Part shown: positions 37,845 to 47,473 of the stretch, one piece after another
Layout of the letters: every line of letters begins with the position of its first letter
Numbering within the stretch: position 1 is the stretch's first letter
Assembly (NCBI GenBank): GCA_045805205.1
Contig: JBJMLR010000009.1
Coordinates: 197,658 to 261,657 of the forward strand
Reading direction: 5' to 3'
From: Bacteroidia bacterium
GTDB taxonomy: Bacteria > Bacteroidota > Bacteroidia > 2-12-FULL-35-15
DNA: 64,000 nucleotides
Program-made: the position numbers and the translations under genes
Notes under the pieces: generated by a model
Told to the model about the DNA's origin: nothing
The model's database searches: none
Seen by the model: the letters and a program-made list of their open reading frames with translations, nothing else

Positions 37845-38885
37845 CTAGAAATGGTCTTTGCTAAGCGGTGTTCCTGCTTTCAGGTCTTTTGCAGCGGTTT
37901 TTCCGATCACCTGTTCCCAGTATCTGGGAGCCAACCCGGTTGCGGGCCGGATGATCCTGAGGTTGTCGCTGCTGAATGCTTCTCCTTTTTTAACGTCCTT
38001 AGAAACGAAGATCGAACGCTTAAATTGCATGCTCTTTTCTTCTGCCGGTAAAATGCCTTTCTGTATCACTCCCAGCGAAAGAAATGCGCGTTCCGTTTCT
38101 ACAACCAGGGAATGCAATTCTTCCGGTTCGAGGGAAAATGCGCTGTCAACACCACCGTCAGCTCTCCTCAGTGTAAAATGTTTTTCGATCACGCGGGCAC
38201 CCAATGCCACTGCCGCCACGGAAGCGCCTACACCCATTGTATGATCCGAAAGACCAGTAACACAATCAAATGTATTGATGAAATCGGGGATCGTGTTGAG
38301 ATTGGTATTCTCCGGTGTTGCCGGATAAGTGCTGGTGCATTTCAAAAGGATAATGTCCTTGCATCCCGCTTTTCTCAATACTTCAATACTCTCTGTAATG
38401 TCTTCACGGGTGGTGACGCCGCTCGAGATGATCACCGGCTTGCCGGTAGCAGCTACTTTTTTCAGCAGCGGGTGATGAGTGTTTTCGAACGATGCGATCT
38501 TATACATCGGAACATTCAATGTTTCCAGGAAATCAACAGCCGTTTCATCGAATGGCGAGCTGAATGCAAGCATTCCTTTTTCTTTTGCCCGGTCAAAAAT
38601 AGGCTTGTGCCATTCCCAGGGAGTATATGCCATTTTGTAAAGGTCATGCAGCTCTTTTCCGTTCCAAAGTGAATTCTTGTCTTCGATCGTGTAAGCGCCT
38701 TTCATCGTGATCGTATCGGCAGTATAGGTTTGCAGCTTAAGCGCATGCGCACCGGCTGCCGCTGCTGCATCCACGAGCTCCAGCGCGCGGTCCAGCGACT
38801 GGTTATGATTGCCGCTCATTTCAGCAATAATGAAAGGCTTGTGGTTCTTGCCTATTGTAATATTTCCAATTTTGATATTCTGCAT
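37845..38885 (-). CDS. pseI: NeuB-family nonulosonic acid synthase, pseudaminic acid synthase by context
   Basis: 346 aa. FIIAEMSGNHNQSLDRALELVDAA... (NeuB TIM-barrel) plus a C-terminal SAF/antifreeze-like domain. It is adjacent to pseG/H, pseF, pseC and pseB. Confidence 0.75.
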   Translation of the reverse strand: MQNIKIGNITIGKNHKPFIIAEMSGNHNQSLDRALELVDAAAAAGAHALKLQTYTADTITMKGAYTIEDKNSLWNGKELHDLYKMAYTPWEWHKPIFDRAKEKGMLAFSSPFDETAVDFLETLNVPMYKIASFENTHHPLLKKVAATGKPVIISSGVTTREDITESIEVLRKAGCKDIILLKCTSTYPATPENTNLNTIPDFINTFDCVTGLSDHTMGVGASVAAVALGARVIEKHFTLRRADGGVDSAFSLEPEELHSLVVETERAFLSLGVIQKGILPAEEKSMQFKRSIFVSKDVKKGEAFSSDNLRIIRPATGLAPRYWEQVIGKTAAKDLKAGTPLSKDHF

Positions 38886-38886
38886 A

Positions 38887-40374
38887 TTATGCTTTTTTTC
38901 TGAATAGTTTATGACTCGGAATCCCTTGCTCCGTCACTGTTTCCTCGTTTCCGAATCCTGCTTTTAAAAAGCTGTTGTAGGAAGCGTCGTTTCCGATCTT
39001 AATATAAGCTGTGATCGTCGCATCCGGATTCTTCGTCAGAAAATCATCACCGGCAATGCTCAGCATATCTGCCGCCAGACCTTTTCCCCTGAAGTCAGGA
39101 TCAACCGAGATCCCGATCACTGTTTCTTTTCCGCTTGTGTCGATCCGGACTTGTCCGACAGGCTTTTCAGCAGCATTCAGGAACAAATAAAAGAAACACG
39201 TTCCTGAAGACAGTTTTGCGTTGAACCATTTTACATGATCTTCGTATTTTACCTGCGACTGATTATATGATTGCGCTCTTACCAGCGGGTCATTTGTCCA
39301 GATAAAATAAAAATCGGTATCCGCCGGAGTGGCCATTCTGAAATGAAGCGGTTCCTTTCTCAGACCGGCGAATGCGGTTCTGAAACGCTCCGGTGACTTA
39401 CCGTCAATATACTTCGATTGCTGCCGGACCAGGTCGTTAAGGTCTTCGATCGCTAATTGTGAGAATTGTTCCTGAATTGCAGATATTGAAAGCAGATTCA
39501 GATCACCCAGGCTGATCGCGACTTTGTTTTGAATCAAGCCCCGGAGAATTCCTTTTTGATTGTCGGCTGTGTATCCACTCAGCAGGCCGATACCGGTTGC
39601 GCAGCATTCCATGGAAATGCTGCTGGCCGGACAAATTGCCACATCACATTTTTGAAGAAGGCTCACCAGCTCATCGGCGCTTATATCGAAGTGTTTGTGA
39701 ATTTTTACGGAAGAGCTTTTCGCAATGAGCTCATCGATCTTTCCCAGGTGCGGATTTGCGGCTCCCAGCATCAAATGAATTTCACCGATCCCCTGAATAC
39801 CGGTCAGTGCTTCACAAAACTTCTGCGTGATGTTATTTGCATCGGCAGCACCCATGCTGATGAAAACATTTTTTATGGCCGCGATCGCACGTATTTCTTT
39901 TTTCTCAAGGAACGGTGCTCTCAAAAGCGCGTAATCCGGTCCGAGCAGATATTTTGTATAGGGTTCGGCGGAATAATCCGATCTTTCAGCCGTTGCAGCA
40001 TGATTGATGATCATATCAGCCACATGATGCCAGGAATGCAGGTCATCGATCGCAACCAGCTTACATCCTTTTGCTTTGATCGTCTTCTGGTAATCGGTTC
40101 TGAATTCATATCCATCCAGCAATACAATATCGGATGGATCAAGAAAGCCCGCCAGGTTTTTTACATCCTTCTCAGGGTCCGTTTCTAAAGGCAGATGAAA
40201 AATAGTTTCTGTTATTTTATGAATAGCACGGATCACATGTTCGGATGGCTGCTGCACGGCAAACATGATCTGAAAATCATGTTTCAGCATATCTGCAAGC
40301 GCGAGGCTGCGGATGATATGTCCCATCCCGATAGCAGTGCCGCCGTCGGCCCGTATAACCAGCTTTGGTTTCAA
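38887..40374 (-). CDS. pseG: bifunctional PseG-like UDP-sugar hydrolase (N-terminal) fused to a GNAT N-acetyltransferase (PseH-like, C-terminal)
   Basis: N-terminus KLVIRADGGTAIGMGHIIRSLALADML resembles PseG. The C-terminal ~160 aa carry a GNAT core (GISVDPDFRGKGLAADML). Confidence 0.65.
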   Translation of the reverse strand: MKPKLVIRADGGTAIGMGHIIRSLALADMLKHDFQIMFAVQQPSEHVIRAIHKITETIFHLPLETDPEKDVKNLAGFLDPSDIVLLDGYEFRTDYQKTIKAKGCKLVAIDDLHSWHHVADMIINHAATAERSDYSAEPYTKYLLGPDYALLRAPFLEKKEIRAIAAIKNVFISMGAADANNITQKFCEALTGIQGIGEIHLMLGAANPHLGKIDELIAKSSSVKIHKHFDISADELVSLLQKCDVAICPASSISMECCATGIGLLSGYTADNQKGILRGLIQNKVAISLGDLNLLSISAIQEQFSQLAIEDLNDLVRQQSKYIDGKSPERFRTAFAGLRKEPLHFRMATPADTDFYFIWTNDPLVRAQSYNQSQVKYEDHVKWFNAKLSSGTCFFYLFLNAAEKPVGQVRIDTSGKETVIGISVDPDFRGKGLAADMLSIAGDDFLTKNPDATITAYIKIGNDASYNSFLKAGFGNEETVTEQGIPSHKLFRKKA

Positions 40375-40377
40375 ATC

Positions 40378-41430
40378 TTATTTTACAAGTATGATTTTAT
40401 GAGTTCCGGATTCATTTCCGGTATTTACGGTGACAAAATAAACCCCGGCCGGTTGAGCTGAAAGATCAATCATAGATTCTTTATTCTCCGAGTGCTTCCA
40501 GCCGACCTGGTTTCCCAGGATGTCGTAAATCAACACATCAAAGCCCGTAGCCTGGGTATCGTTCACCTTTATTCCGAAAACTCCGGAGGAAGGATTCGGG
40601 TAGATGTTAAAATTCGTCAGCGTCCCCGGCTCAGAAATCCCAACGTTGGTTGGCCCCAGGTAAATTGCGTTAATTTCAGCTGCATTCAGCAGCCTGTCAT
40701 AAATTCTGATGTCATCGATCTTTCCATGGAAGTCATACGATGAAGCTGCACATAGAGTTCCTGAGGATGTAAGCGTTGTTGCCGTTCCCAAATGAGCAGT
40801 TCCGGCCTGCATATTTCCGAGTGTGCCGGATGGCGGAAGTGCAGCTGAAATAGTCTGCATAACATTGTTCACATACATTTGTACACGGCCGAGACCTCCT
40901 GCGGTTCCATTTGTACCATCATACATCGCGACAACGTGATACCACATGCTCGTGTCGGTAACGCTGGTTGAGCCTTGTGCGTAAACTGCATTTCCCGTTC
41001 CCAGCGAACTGCTGTAAAGCAGCATGATTTTTCCGCCATAAACGCTGAGTGCAAATTGCTGCTGTGCTGATGAACAGGCTCCGTCAGCATCTTTTGTCAG
41101 AATGCCGCTTGCTGCAGCAGTAGCATAAGGTTTAATCCAGACAGAGATCGAAAATTTATTTCCTACCCCGGAAAATGCAGTATTAAGTACGTTCCCGAAA
41201 TCAACATAATCGCTTGATCCATTATAGAAATAAGCACAATTCGGATTGCCAAACCGATCGGTAGTGAGTGTGGCACCTACTACAGTTCCGTTAAGTCCGC
41301 TGCCGCTGTCGTCATTCGCATTTCCTGTAAAGGGATACGATGCGGAGAGTCCACTTCCAAGCGATATCTGCGCATTTGCTACGGAAAAAGTGATGCCCAG
41401 AAGCAGAATAAATAAGTAGATCTTTTTCAT
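40378..41430 (-). CDS. LamG/concanavalin-like jelly-roll domain protein with a T9SS C-terminal sorting domain
   Basis: Signal peptide. DDIRIYDRLLNAAEI is the typical LamG_3 ending. C-terminus NIYPNPSSGVFGI...GVYFVTVNT is a T9SS CTD. Confidence 0.55.
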   Translation of the reverse strand: MKKIYLFILLLGITFSVANAQISLGSGLSASYPFTGNANDDSGSGLNGTVVGATLTTDRFGNPNCAYFYNGSSDYVDFGNVLNTAFSGVGNKFSISVWIKPYATAAASGILTKDADGACSSAQQQFALSVYGGKIMLLYSSSLGTGNAVYAQGSTSVTDTSMWYHVVAMYDGTNGTAGGLGRVQMYVNNVMQTISAALPPSGTLGNMQAGTAHLGTATTLTSSGTLCAASSYDFHGKIDDIRIYDRLLNAAEINAIYLGPTNVGISEPGTLTNFNIYPNPSSGVFGIKVNDTQATGFDVLIYDILGNQVGWKHSENKESMIDLSAQPAGVYFVTVNTGNESGTHKIILVK

Positions 41431-41456
41431 GATGGTTGGATTAGTTGTTAGATTTA

Positions 41457-42290
41457 TTAAACCTGTTCAGGGACAAGTTTTATTATTTCTACATTTTTTT
41501 GTGCTGCCGTCTCCAATGCAGCGGAACTGTATTTTGATGCGCGAAGGTTGTCGAGCGTATCTTTCCTCTTTAGTGAATATTCATTGATATACCGATCAAG
41601 ATGACTTGAGCGCAAAGCGAACGTCATAAAAAGCGAAATGCGTTCAAACTGCTGGTCCTTTTTGAGGAATGCCGGAACCATTCCTTCACGTCCGGCCTTA
41701 TTGATCGAAAATTCAGGAAAGAATTTCAGCCGGACCGCATTTCCGCTATGAAGCGTCTTTAGACTCCAGACAGCTACGTCGCCGGCTTCATTACCGACAA
41801 GTACGGACTTCCCGTCGGGGTTTTTATGGCTTCCTACTTTAATTTTCAAGCCACCGCTGTAGTTTTTATGATCCTGCAGATAAATTCCAAGGCGGATCAG
41901 TGTATACTCTCCCTGCCAATCCGGTCCGCTCAGATCGGTACGGTCAATGCAGTCGCGGTGAAAACCACGCTGTCCTGTTCCGATCTGGTAGGAGCTATCG
42001 CCGAAATAAATGATGTTCGGGTCACCCAGTATTGTTCGTGCAATTTCCAGGATCCGTTCGTCAAGCAGGATCGGGTAAAGCTTTTCTTTGCTCAGCAGAT
42101 CACCTTTATTGTACTTCGCTTTTGTCGGAAGATTCGGCAGCTGGAAATCCAGCTTCTTGCTTTTATCGATCTCGTATTGTTCGTAGGCCAGCTTTCTGAA
42201 TTGCCCGATCTCATCGGCGCTGAAAACGTTTCGAACCAGCAGGTACCCGTCCTGATCAAACTTCTTTTTATCGATGATCAAATTGCTCAT
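41457..42290 (-). CDS. PhyH-family (phytanoyl-CoA dioxygenase-like) 2OG-Fe(II) oxygenase
   Basis: GFHRD (HxD) and a later H in ...LKTLHSGN. The length and pattern match PhyH-like hydroxylases. Confidence 0.55.
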   Translation of the reverse strand: MSNLIIDKKKFDQDGYLLVRNVFSADEIGQFRKLAYEQYEIDKSKKLDFQLPNLPTKAKYNKGDLLSKEKLYPILLDERILEIARTILGDPNIIYFGDSSYQIGTGQRGFHRDCIDRTDLSGPDWQGEYTLIRLGIYLQDHKNYSGGLKIKVGSHKNPDGKSVLVGNEAGDVAVWSLKTLHSGNAVRLKFFPEFSINKAGREGMVPAFLKKDQQFERISLFMTFALRSSHLDRYINEYSLKRKDTLDNLRASKYSSAALETAAQKNVEIIKLVPEQV

Positions 42291-42292
42291 GG

Positions 42293-43048
42293 CTATGTTT
42301 TCTTTTGTTCTATGTGTGCATTTATTGCGACTAACTCAGGATGTTCCAGCAGAATTTTTTCAATTTCAGTGTAAGGAAGCTTGTCAGCATTGTATTCTTC
42401 GATCAGCGTTTTAACGAGCTGGAAATCATCATCGGTATCAACCGTGATCCTCAGGTTGGAGTGGTTTTCGGACTGCTTTACATGATATAAGCTGGTCACT
42501 CCTGATCTGTTCTTCCAGATGTAAGGCGTTACATGCTCCAGGTCCGAGGGCTCCTTTGCATTACTGATAGCCTGTTCCAGGGACCGGGCGCTGAAAATTT
42601 CGAAATCAAAACCGCGGGCAAATGTCCGCTCGATCGCATTGCTGAGATAGAGGTTGGGATCATTCAGCTGCATGTATTTTTCAATGCCGTTCCGAATTAA
42701 ATGCGGATCGATGAGCGGACAATCGGAAGTGACACGAACAATCGTTTCAATCTTATTTTTTTGGACAGCTCCCCAGAAGCGGTCGAGGACATTTTCCTCG
42801 CTTCCGCGGTAATATTTCAGGCTATTCTTTTCGGCAAACTCACAAACAGGGTTGTCGGTATCATTTGTTGTGGTAGCGATGATCACCTCAAACCCAGCCT
42901 GTTTCAAACGATCGGTATGATATTTCAGCAATGGAATTCCGTTCACTTCTTTCAATATCTTTCCTGGCAAGCGAGTGCTGGTCATGCGTGCCTGTGTGAT
43001 GATACCGATTTTGGGTAAATGCGGGGTCATTAATTTTTGAATTTCCAA
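42293..43048 (-). CDS. pseF: cytidylyltransferase (CTP_transf_3 / SpsF-like), candidate CMP-pseudaminic acid synthetase
   Basis: IGIITQARMTSTRLPGKILK is the signature of acylneuraminate/SpsF-type cytidylyltransferases. It may start at the internal Met (MTPHL...). It lies in the pse cluster. Confidence 0.6.
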   Translation of the reverse strand: MEIQKLMTPHLPKIGIITQARMTSTRLPGKILKEVNGIPLLKYHTDRLKQAGFEVIIATTTNDTDNPVCEFAEKNSLKYYRGSEENVLDRFWGAVQKNKIETIVRVTSDCPLIDPHLIRNGIEKYMQLNDPNLYLSNAIERTFARGFDFEIFSARSLEQAISNAKEPSDLEHVTPYIWKNRSGVTSLYHVKQSENHSNLRITVDTDDDFQLVKTLIEEYNADKLPYTEIEKILLEHPELVAINAHIEQKKT

Positions 43049-43833
43049 ACGATGAGGTTCGCCGAATTAAGCGGAACCAGTCCAAAAACATCTGTTCTGA
43101 ACTCAAGGATCTCAATATTCTTTTTATTTTTTAAAACACTGACGAGGTTTCGGTTATAGTCATTGAGCTCTAAATATTTATTTCGCATCATGCCCAGGAG
43201 TGAATCGCGCTCCTCGATCACTGTCGGTTCAAAGTGAACAACATAGTTGATCTTTTCTTTTTGCTTTTCAAGACTTTCGATGATTACGGTCGCATCGGGG
43301 ATCTGTTCGATGCTGTGTGTTGTAAAGACCGTTGAATTAGGGCGGATGAAATCGTAATCTCCGCTTTCGTAATAATTGAATTCGCGGACATCCATCCCGA
43401 TCTTTTTTCCGATCGCCAGCGCATTTCTCGAATAATCACCTCCATAAGCTTTTGCTCCCAGCAGACTGAGATTGAAACCATAGCCGCATCCCAGTTCACA
43501 CATGTTCGAAGATGAATATTTTTTCAGCGTCGAGCCGATCAGCTCATAGTACTGTTTTCTTGCCTCCGCTACCGTTGTCTTGTAAATGTCGTCACCAATA
43601 GAAATGGTCATGTCGCCGGTTACGGGATGCAGGCCCGCCTGCTGAAATTCCATCGCTTTGTATGCTTCTGCATCAGGCAGGTCGCAGGCAAGCAATCGTG
43701 CATATTTATCGAGATTGTATTCATTCTCGACCTGCTGAACATCACGTTTTTTTTGAAACTCAGTCATTCCCAGTAATCGTTTGCTCCAGGGATTATTCTT
43801 GTTCAGGTACTCGTTTACTGAAATTGCTTTCAT
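43030..43833 (-). CDS. class I SAM-dependent methyltransferase
   Basis: Motif I ELGCGYGFN and a Rossmann-like pattern. Embedded in the pse cluster. Confidence 0.6.
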   Translation of the reverse strand: MKAISVNEYLNKNNPWSKRLLGMTEFQKKRDVQQVENEYNLDKYARLLACDLPDAEAYKAMEFQQAGLHPVTGDMTISIGDDIYKTTVAEARKQYYELIGSTLKKYSSSNMCELGCGYGFNLSLLGAKAYGGDYSRNALAIGKKIGMDVREFNYYESGDYDFIRPNSTVFTTHSIEQIPDATVIIESLEKQKEKINYVVHFEPTVIEERDSLLGMMRNKYLELNDYNRNLVSVLKNKKNIEILEFRTDVFGLVPLNSANLIVWKFKN

Positions 43834-45002
43834 TTGTTTTTTATATAGCTTAGGATAGTGCTGATCACACGGTCCTGGTCCTCATTGCTCAGTGAATGGT
43901 ACATCGGAATACTCAGGCATTTTTCATAATACGCCTCCGCCAGCGGATGATCGCCCTTTTTATGTCCGAACTGCTTGTAGTACGGCATGAGGTGAACCGG
44001 TACATAATGAACCTGGGCAAAAATATTTTCAGAGCGGAGATGTTCGTAAAGCCCCGGACGATCATCCACGCTGATCACATACAGGTGATAGGCATTTCCT
44101 TCGATCGAAGGAGCGGGGATCACTTTCGTTCCTTTAAATGCATTGTCGTAGCGCTTAGCGAGTTCGATCCTTCGCGCCAGATTCTCACCGGCTCTTTGCA
44201 TCTGTGATGTCCCGAGCGCAGCCTGAAAATCGGTAAGTCGATAGTTGTAACCGAGCTCCTGCATTTCATAGTACCATCCGCCCTGCGCAATTTCGTCGGG
44301 AGAATTTTTGTATTTCGTTGCATCCTTCGTGATACCGTGGGTGCGAAGCAGGTTGATCTTATCGTAAAGCGCTTTGCTGTTGGTTGTGATCATGCCGCCT
44401 TCACCGGTTGCGATGTGTTTTACAGGATGAAATGAAAAGATCGCGAGGTCGGCAAAATTCCCGTTCCCGCAGTTCTGCTTTATTCCTTTGCTGTCGGTAA
44501 AATATCCGCCCGGAGCATGACAGGCATCCTCGATGATCCAGCATCCGAAGTCATCTGCAAGCTTCCTGTATTCTTCAAGATTTACAGCATTCCCTGTAAA
44601 ATCAACAGGAATGATGCCGCTGAAGTAGCCTTTCGGATGTTTTTCAAGCAATGCCCGAACCTTTTTTATGTCGAGCAAAAACGTATCCGGATCGATATCG
44701 GCAAAATGAACTTCGCCTCCGCAGTAGCGTACACAATTTGCGGAAGCTGCAAAGGTGATAGGAGTTGTGATAACGCGTGTTCCTTCCTTTATGTCAAGCG
44801 CCATTGCGCAAAGGTGCAGCGCGGCCGTTCCATTGGAAAGCGCAATGGCATATTTCGCACCGGTGTATGCTGCAAAGGTCTTTTCAAATTCAGCGATTGC
44901 CGGCCCCTGTGTCAGGAAATCCGACCGCAGTGTTTTTGTTACGGCTTCGATATCCGCATCGGTGATCGTCTGGCGGCCGTAAGGAATAATTTTAGAGCTC
45001 AC
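43830..45002 (-). CDS. pseC: DegT/DnrJ/EryC1-family PLP aminotransferase, UDP-4-amino-4,6-dideoxy-N-acetyl-beta-L-altrosamine transaminase by context
   Basis: N-terminus IPYGRQTITDADIEAV...LTQGP...ALSNGTAALHL and the PLP-lysine region (HPVKHIATGEGG). Confidence 0.8.
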   Translation of the reverse strand: MSSKIIPYGRQTITDADIEAVTKTLRSDFLTQGPAIAEFEKTFAAYTGAKYAIALSNGTAALHLCAMALDIKEGTRVITTPITFAASANCVRYCGGEVHFADIDPDTFLLDIKKVRALLEKHPKGYFSGIIPVDFTGNAVNLEEYRKLADDFGCWIIEDACHAPGGYFTDSKGIKQNCGNGNFADLAIFSFHPVKHIATGEGGMITTNSKALYDKINLLRTHGITKDATKYKNSPDEIAQGGWYYEMQELGYNYRLTDFQAALGTSQMQRAGENLARRIELAKRYDNAFKGTKVIPAPSIEGNAYHLYVISVDDRPGLYEHLRSENIFAQVHYVPVHLMPYYKQFGHKKGDHPLAEAYYEKCLSIPMYHSLSNEDQDRVISTILSYIKNK

Positions 45003-45014
45003 TTATTTAAGAGA

Positions 45015-46031
45015 CTAGATTGAAAAAGTAGCGTCGACGTGTTCCCTGATCAGCTTGCGAAGATCGTCTACGGAAACCCATTCCTTGTTCTCGCCCGAAT
45101 TATACTGGAAGCCTTGCGGGACCAGCTTCGCATTGAAGCTTTTGACGTACTCATCGATCTTGAAATTGGGAACCTGCGGAAGGATCGCGTAGTATTTGCC
45201 CAGGTCGTAAGTAGTAAACGAATCGGAGGAAGTGATCATTTCTTCATGCACCTTTTCGCCGGGACGAATGCCGATGACTTCATGCTTACAATCGGGACCA
45301 ATTGCTTTCGCAACGTCTGTGATCTTGTAGGAAGGGATCTTCGGGACAAAGATCTCGCCGCCCCAGGCTGTTTCCATGGCGTGGAGCACCATATCGACAC
45401 CACCTTGCAGCGAAATATTGAAACGGGTCATATTCGGATCGGTGATCGGAAGCACACCTTCCTTTTTCTTTTTAAGGAAGAACGGGATCACTGATCCGTT
45501 GGAGCCCATTACGTTTCCATAGCGGACAACGGAGAATTTAATGTCCACTTTCCCGCGGATGTTATTCGCTGCGACAAACAATTTATCCGAGCAGAGCTTT
45601 GTTGCGCCATAGAGATTAATTGGCGCTGCGGCTTTATCGGTTGATAATGCCACGACATTCTTCACTTCGCTTTCCATGGCCGCATTGATCACGTTCTCAG
45701 CTCCCAATACATTTGTCTTCACACATTCCATCGGGTTGTATTCCGCGATGGGCACATGTTTCATTGCTGCTGCATGGATCACATAATCGATGCCCTTGAA
45801 TGCTTTTTTCAGGCGATCATAATCTCTTACATCACCGATGAAATAGCGGATGGCCGGATATTTCGTGTGGGAATATTCCTGGGCCATTTCGAATTGCTTC
45901 TGCTCATCGCGCGAGAAAATAACAAGTCGGCGTATATCCGGGAAACGGGATAAAATATTGCGGGTCAGGTGCTTTCCGAGTGATCCGGTACCACCTGTGA
46001 TCAAAATTGACTTTCCATTCAAATCCAGCAT
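45015..46031 (-). CDS. pseB: UDP-N-acetylglucosamine 4,6-dehydratase (inverting), PseB/FlaA1-type
   Basis: KSILITGGTGSLGKHL...VIFSRDEQKQFEM and YGATK (Y-x3-K). The length of about 338 aa is typical of PseB. Confidence 0.8.
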   Translation of the reverse strand: MLDLNGKSILITGGTGSLGKHLTRNILSRFPDIRRLVIFSRDEQKQFEMAQEYSHTKYPAIRYFIGDVRDYDRLKKAFKGIDYVIHAAAMKHVPIAEYNPMECVKTNVLGAENVINAAMESEVKNVVALSTDKAAAPINLYGATKLCSDKLFVAANNIRGKVDIKFSVVRYGNVMGSNGSVIPFFLKKKKEGVLPITDPNMTRFNISLQGGVDMVLHAMETAWGGEIFVPKIPSYKITDVAKAIGPDCKHEVIGIRPGEKVHEEMITSSDSFTTYDLGKYYAILPQVPNFKIDEYVKSFNAKLVPQGFQYNSGENKEWVSVDDLRKLIREHVDATFSI

Positions 46032-46101
46032 AATAAGGCTTTTTGTTAAAGCCCCAAAAATACGGAGAGTTTAGCGAAATAGCAAAGGTTTGGGAGGTCA
46101 T

Positions 46102-46146
46102 AAAAAATGAGTTAAAATTCTGATTGACAGAATTTTAACTCATTTA
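46102..46146 (-). terminator. rho-independent terminator downstream of the BNR/T9SS gene
   Basis: Perfect 15-bp inverted repeat atgagttaaaattct / agaattttaactcat with a 7-nt loop. The minus-strand transcript is followed by UUUUUU. Confidence 0.55.
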
Positions 46147-46178
46147 ATGAAATTCAATTAGGGAGGATGGAATTACGC

Positions 46179-47417
46179 TTACTTAATGATCAGCTTTCCT
46201 GTACCGATCACGGATGTTCCGTCGAACACCTTGTAAAGATAAACACCTGCGTCCAGTCCGTTTCTGTTAAGACTGAAGATCCGGTTTTTAGATGCAGCCG
46301 TTTTTACCAGTTTTCCGCTGATATCGAAGAGTCCAACCGATTGCGCATTGCTGAAAGTATAATTGCTGCAGTCGATAGTAGTTGTCTCGGAAAATGGATT
46401 CGGATAAGCAGTGAAAACGTTCGCTGTTGTTTCTTCCTGGATCCCGACATTCGAAGTATATTTTAAAATAGTTCCGTTGAGTCCGGAAGCATATCCCACA
46501 TTGGCATTCACCACGTCCACCCGGTAAAGGCGTGCGGTTCCGGGATACGATGTTGTCCAGCTTGCTCCGCCGTTTGTTGTTGTAAGGATCGTTCCTGTAT
46601 TCAATGAGATGTCTCCGCCAACCACAAAGCCGTGATTGGAGTCATAGAAATCGATGCCCGAATAAAAAGCGGTGGATGTGTCGGATACCGTAACACCTGA
46701 CCAGGTTGTACCCGCGTCTGCAGTTGTTCTGACGGTTCTGTTGCCCCCGATTACAAGACCAGTGTTGACGCCCGTAAAATACAAGTTCTGAAGAGGCGAA
46801 GTTGTACCGCTTACCAGAGTGGTCCAGTTTGACCCTCCGTTCGTCGTTTTGAAGATCTTGCCGGAGAATTCTACAGCATAACCATCTGTTGACGAAGTAA
46901 AATAAGTGCCGTAAATCGCGATACCTGCACTGGCTCCGGTAACCGTTGTGTTGGTCCAGGTTGTACCGCCGTCGGTGGTTTTCAATATCACCGAAAGCGT
47001 GCTGCCGCTTCCGCCGCCGCTAATAAAACCCGTATTGGAGTCGATGAAAAAGATGTGACGGAAATTAACACCGGTCACAGGCATTGTCATTGCTGACCAG
47101 GTGGCACCTCCATTTGTTGTTTTTAACGCCGTAAGACCGTTCCCCACCGCATATCCTGTATTTGCATCAACAAAAAGAATGTAATACAGATCCTGGGTGG
47201 TCCCACTGATTTGCCCGTTCCAGGTGGTTCCGCCATCGGTGGTCTTTCTGATGGTTCCTGCCGCGCCGCATACATAAACTGTATTAATGGTTGGTGCAGA
47301 GATTCCATTAAGACTGCTCGTTGTCCCGCTGACAAGCGGCGTCCAGGCAACCGTTTGTGCAGCAATATTTCCCGCGAACAGAACAGCTGCAAATAAAAGT
47401 ACTTTGATCTTTTTCAT
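46179..47417 (-). CDS. BNR/Ycf48-like repeat protein with a T9SS C-terminal sorting domain
   Basis: Six or more T(T/S)(D/N)GG.(T/S)W BNR repeats. C-terminus FTAYPNPFSETTTI...GVYLYKV... is a T9SS CTD. Confidence 0.6.
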   Translation of the reverse strand: MKKIKVLLFAAVLFAGNIAAQTVAWTPLVSGTTSSLNGISAPTINTVYVCGAAGTIRKTTDGGTTWNGQISGTTQDLYYILFVDANTGYAVGNGLTALKTTNGGATWSAMTMPVTGVNFRHIFFIDSNTGFISGGGSGSTLSVILKTTDGGTTWTNTTVTGASAGIAIYGTYFTSSTDGYAVEFSGKIFKTTNGGSNWTTLVSGTTSPLQNLYFTGVNTGLVIGGNRTVRTTADAGTTWSGVTVSDTSTAFYSGIDFYDSNHGFVVGGDISLNTGTILTTTNGGASWTTSYPGTARLYRVDVVNANVGYASGLNGTILKYTSNVGIQEETTANVFTAYPNPFSETTTIDCSNYTFSNAQSVGLFDISGKLVKTAASKNRIFSLNRNGLDAGVYLYKVFDGTSVIGTGKLIIK

Positions 47418-47473
47418 TGGAGTCGTTTTTTAGTGAAAGGGAGACGTAATAAAAATACAAATAAATCGGGAAT

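Noticed and set aside
39529-40188. A 219-aa plus-strand ORF.
   Set aside because: It is antisense within the pseG-pseH fusion gene. The high Cys/His content is typical of antisense frames.
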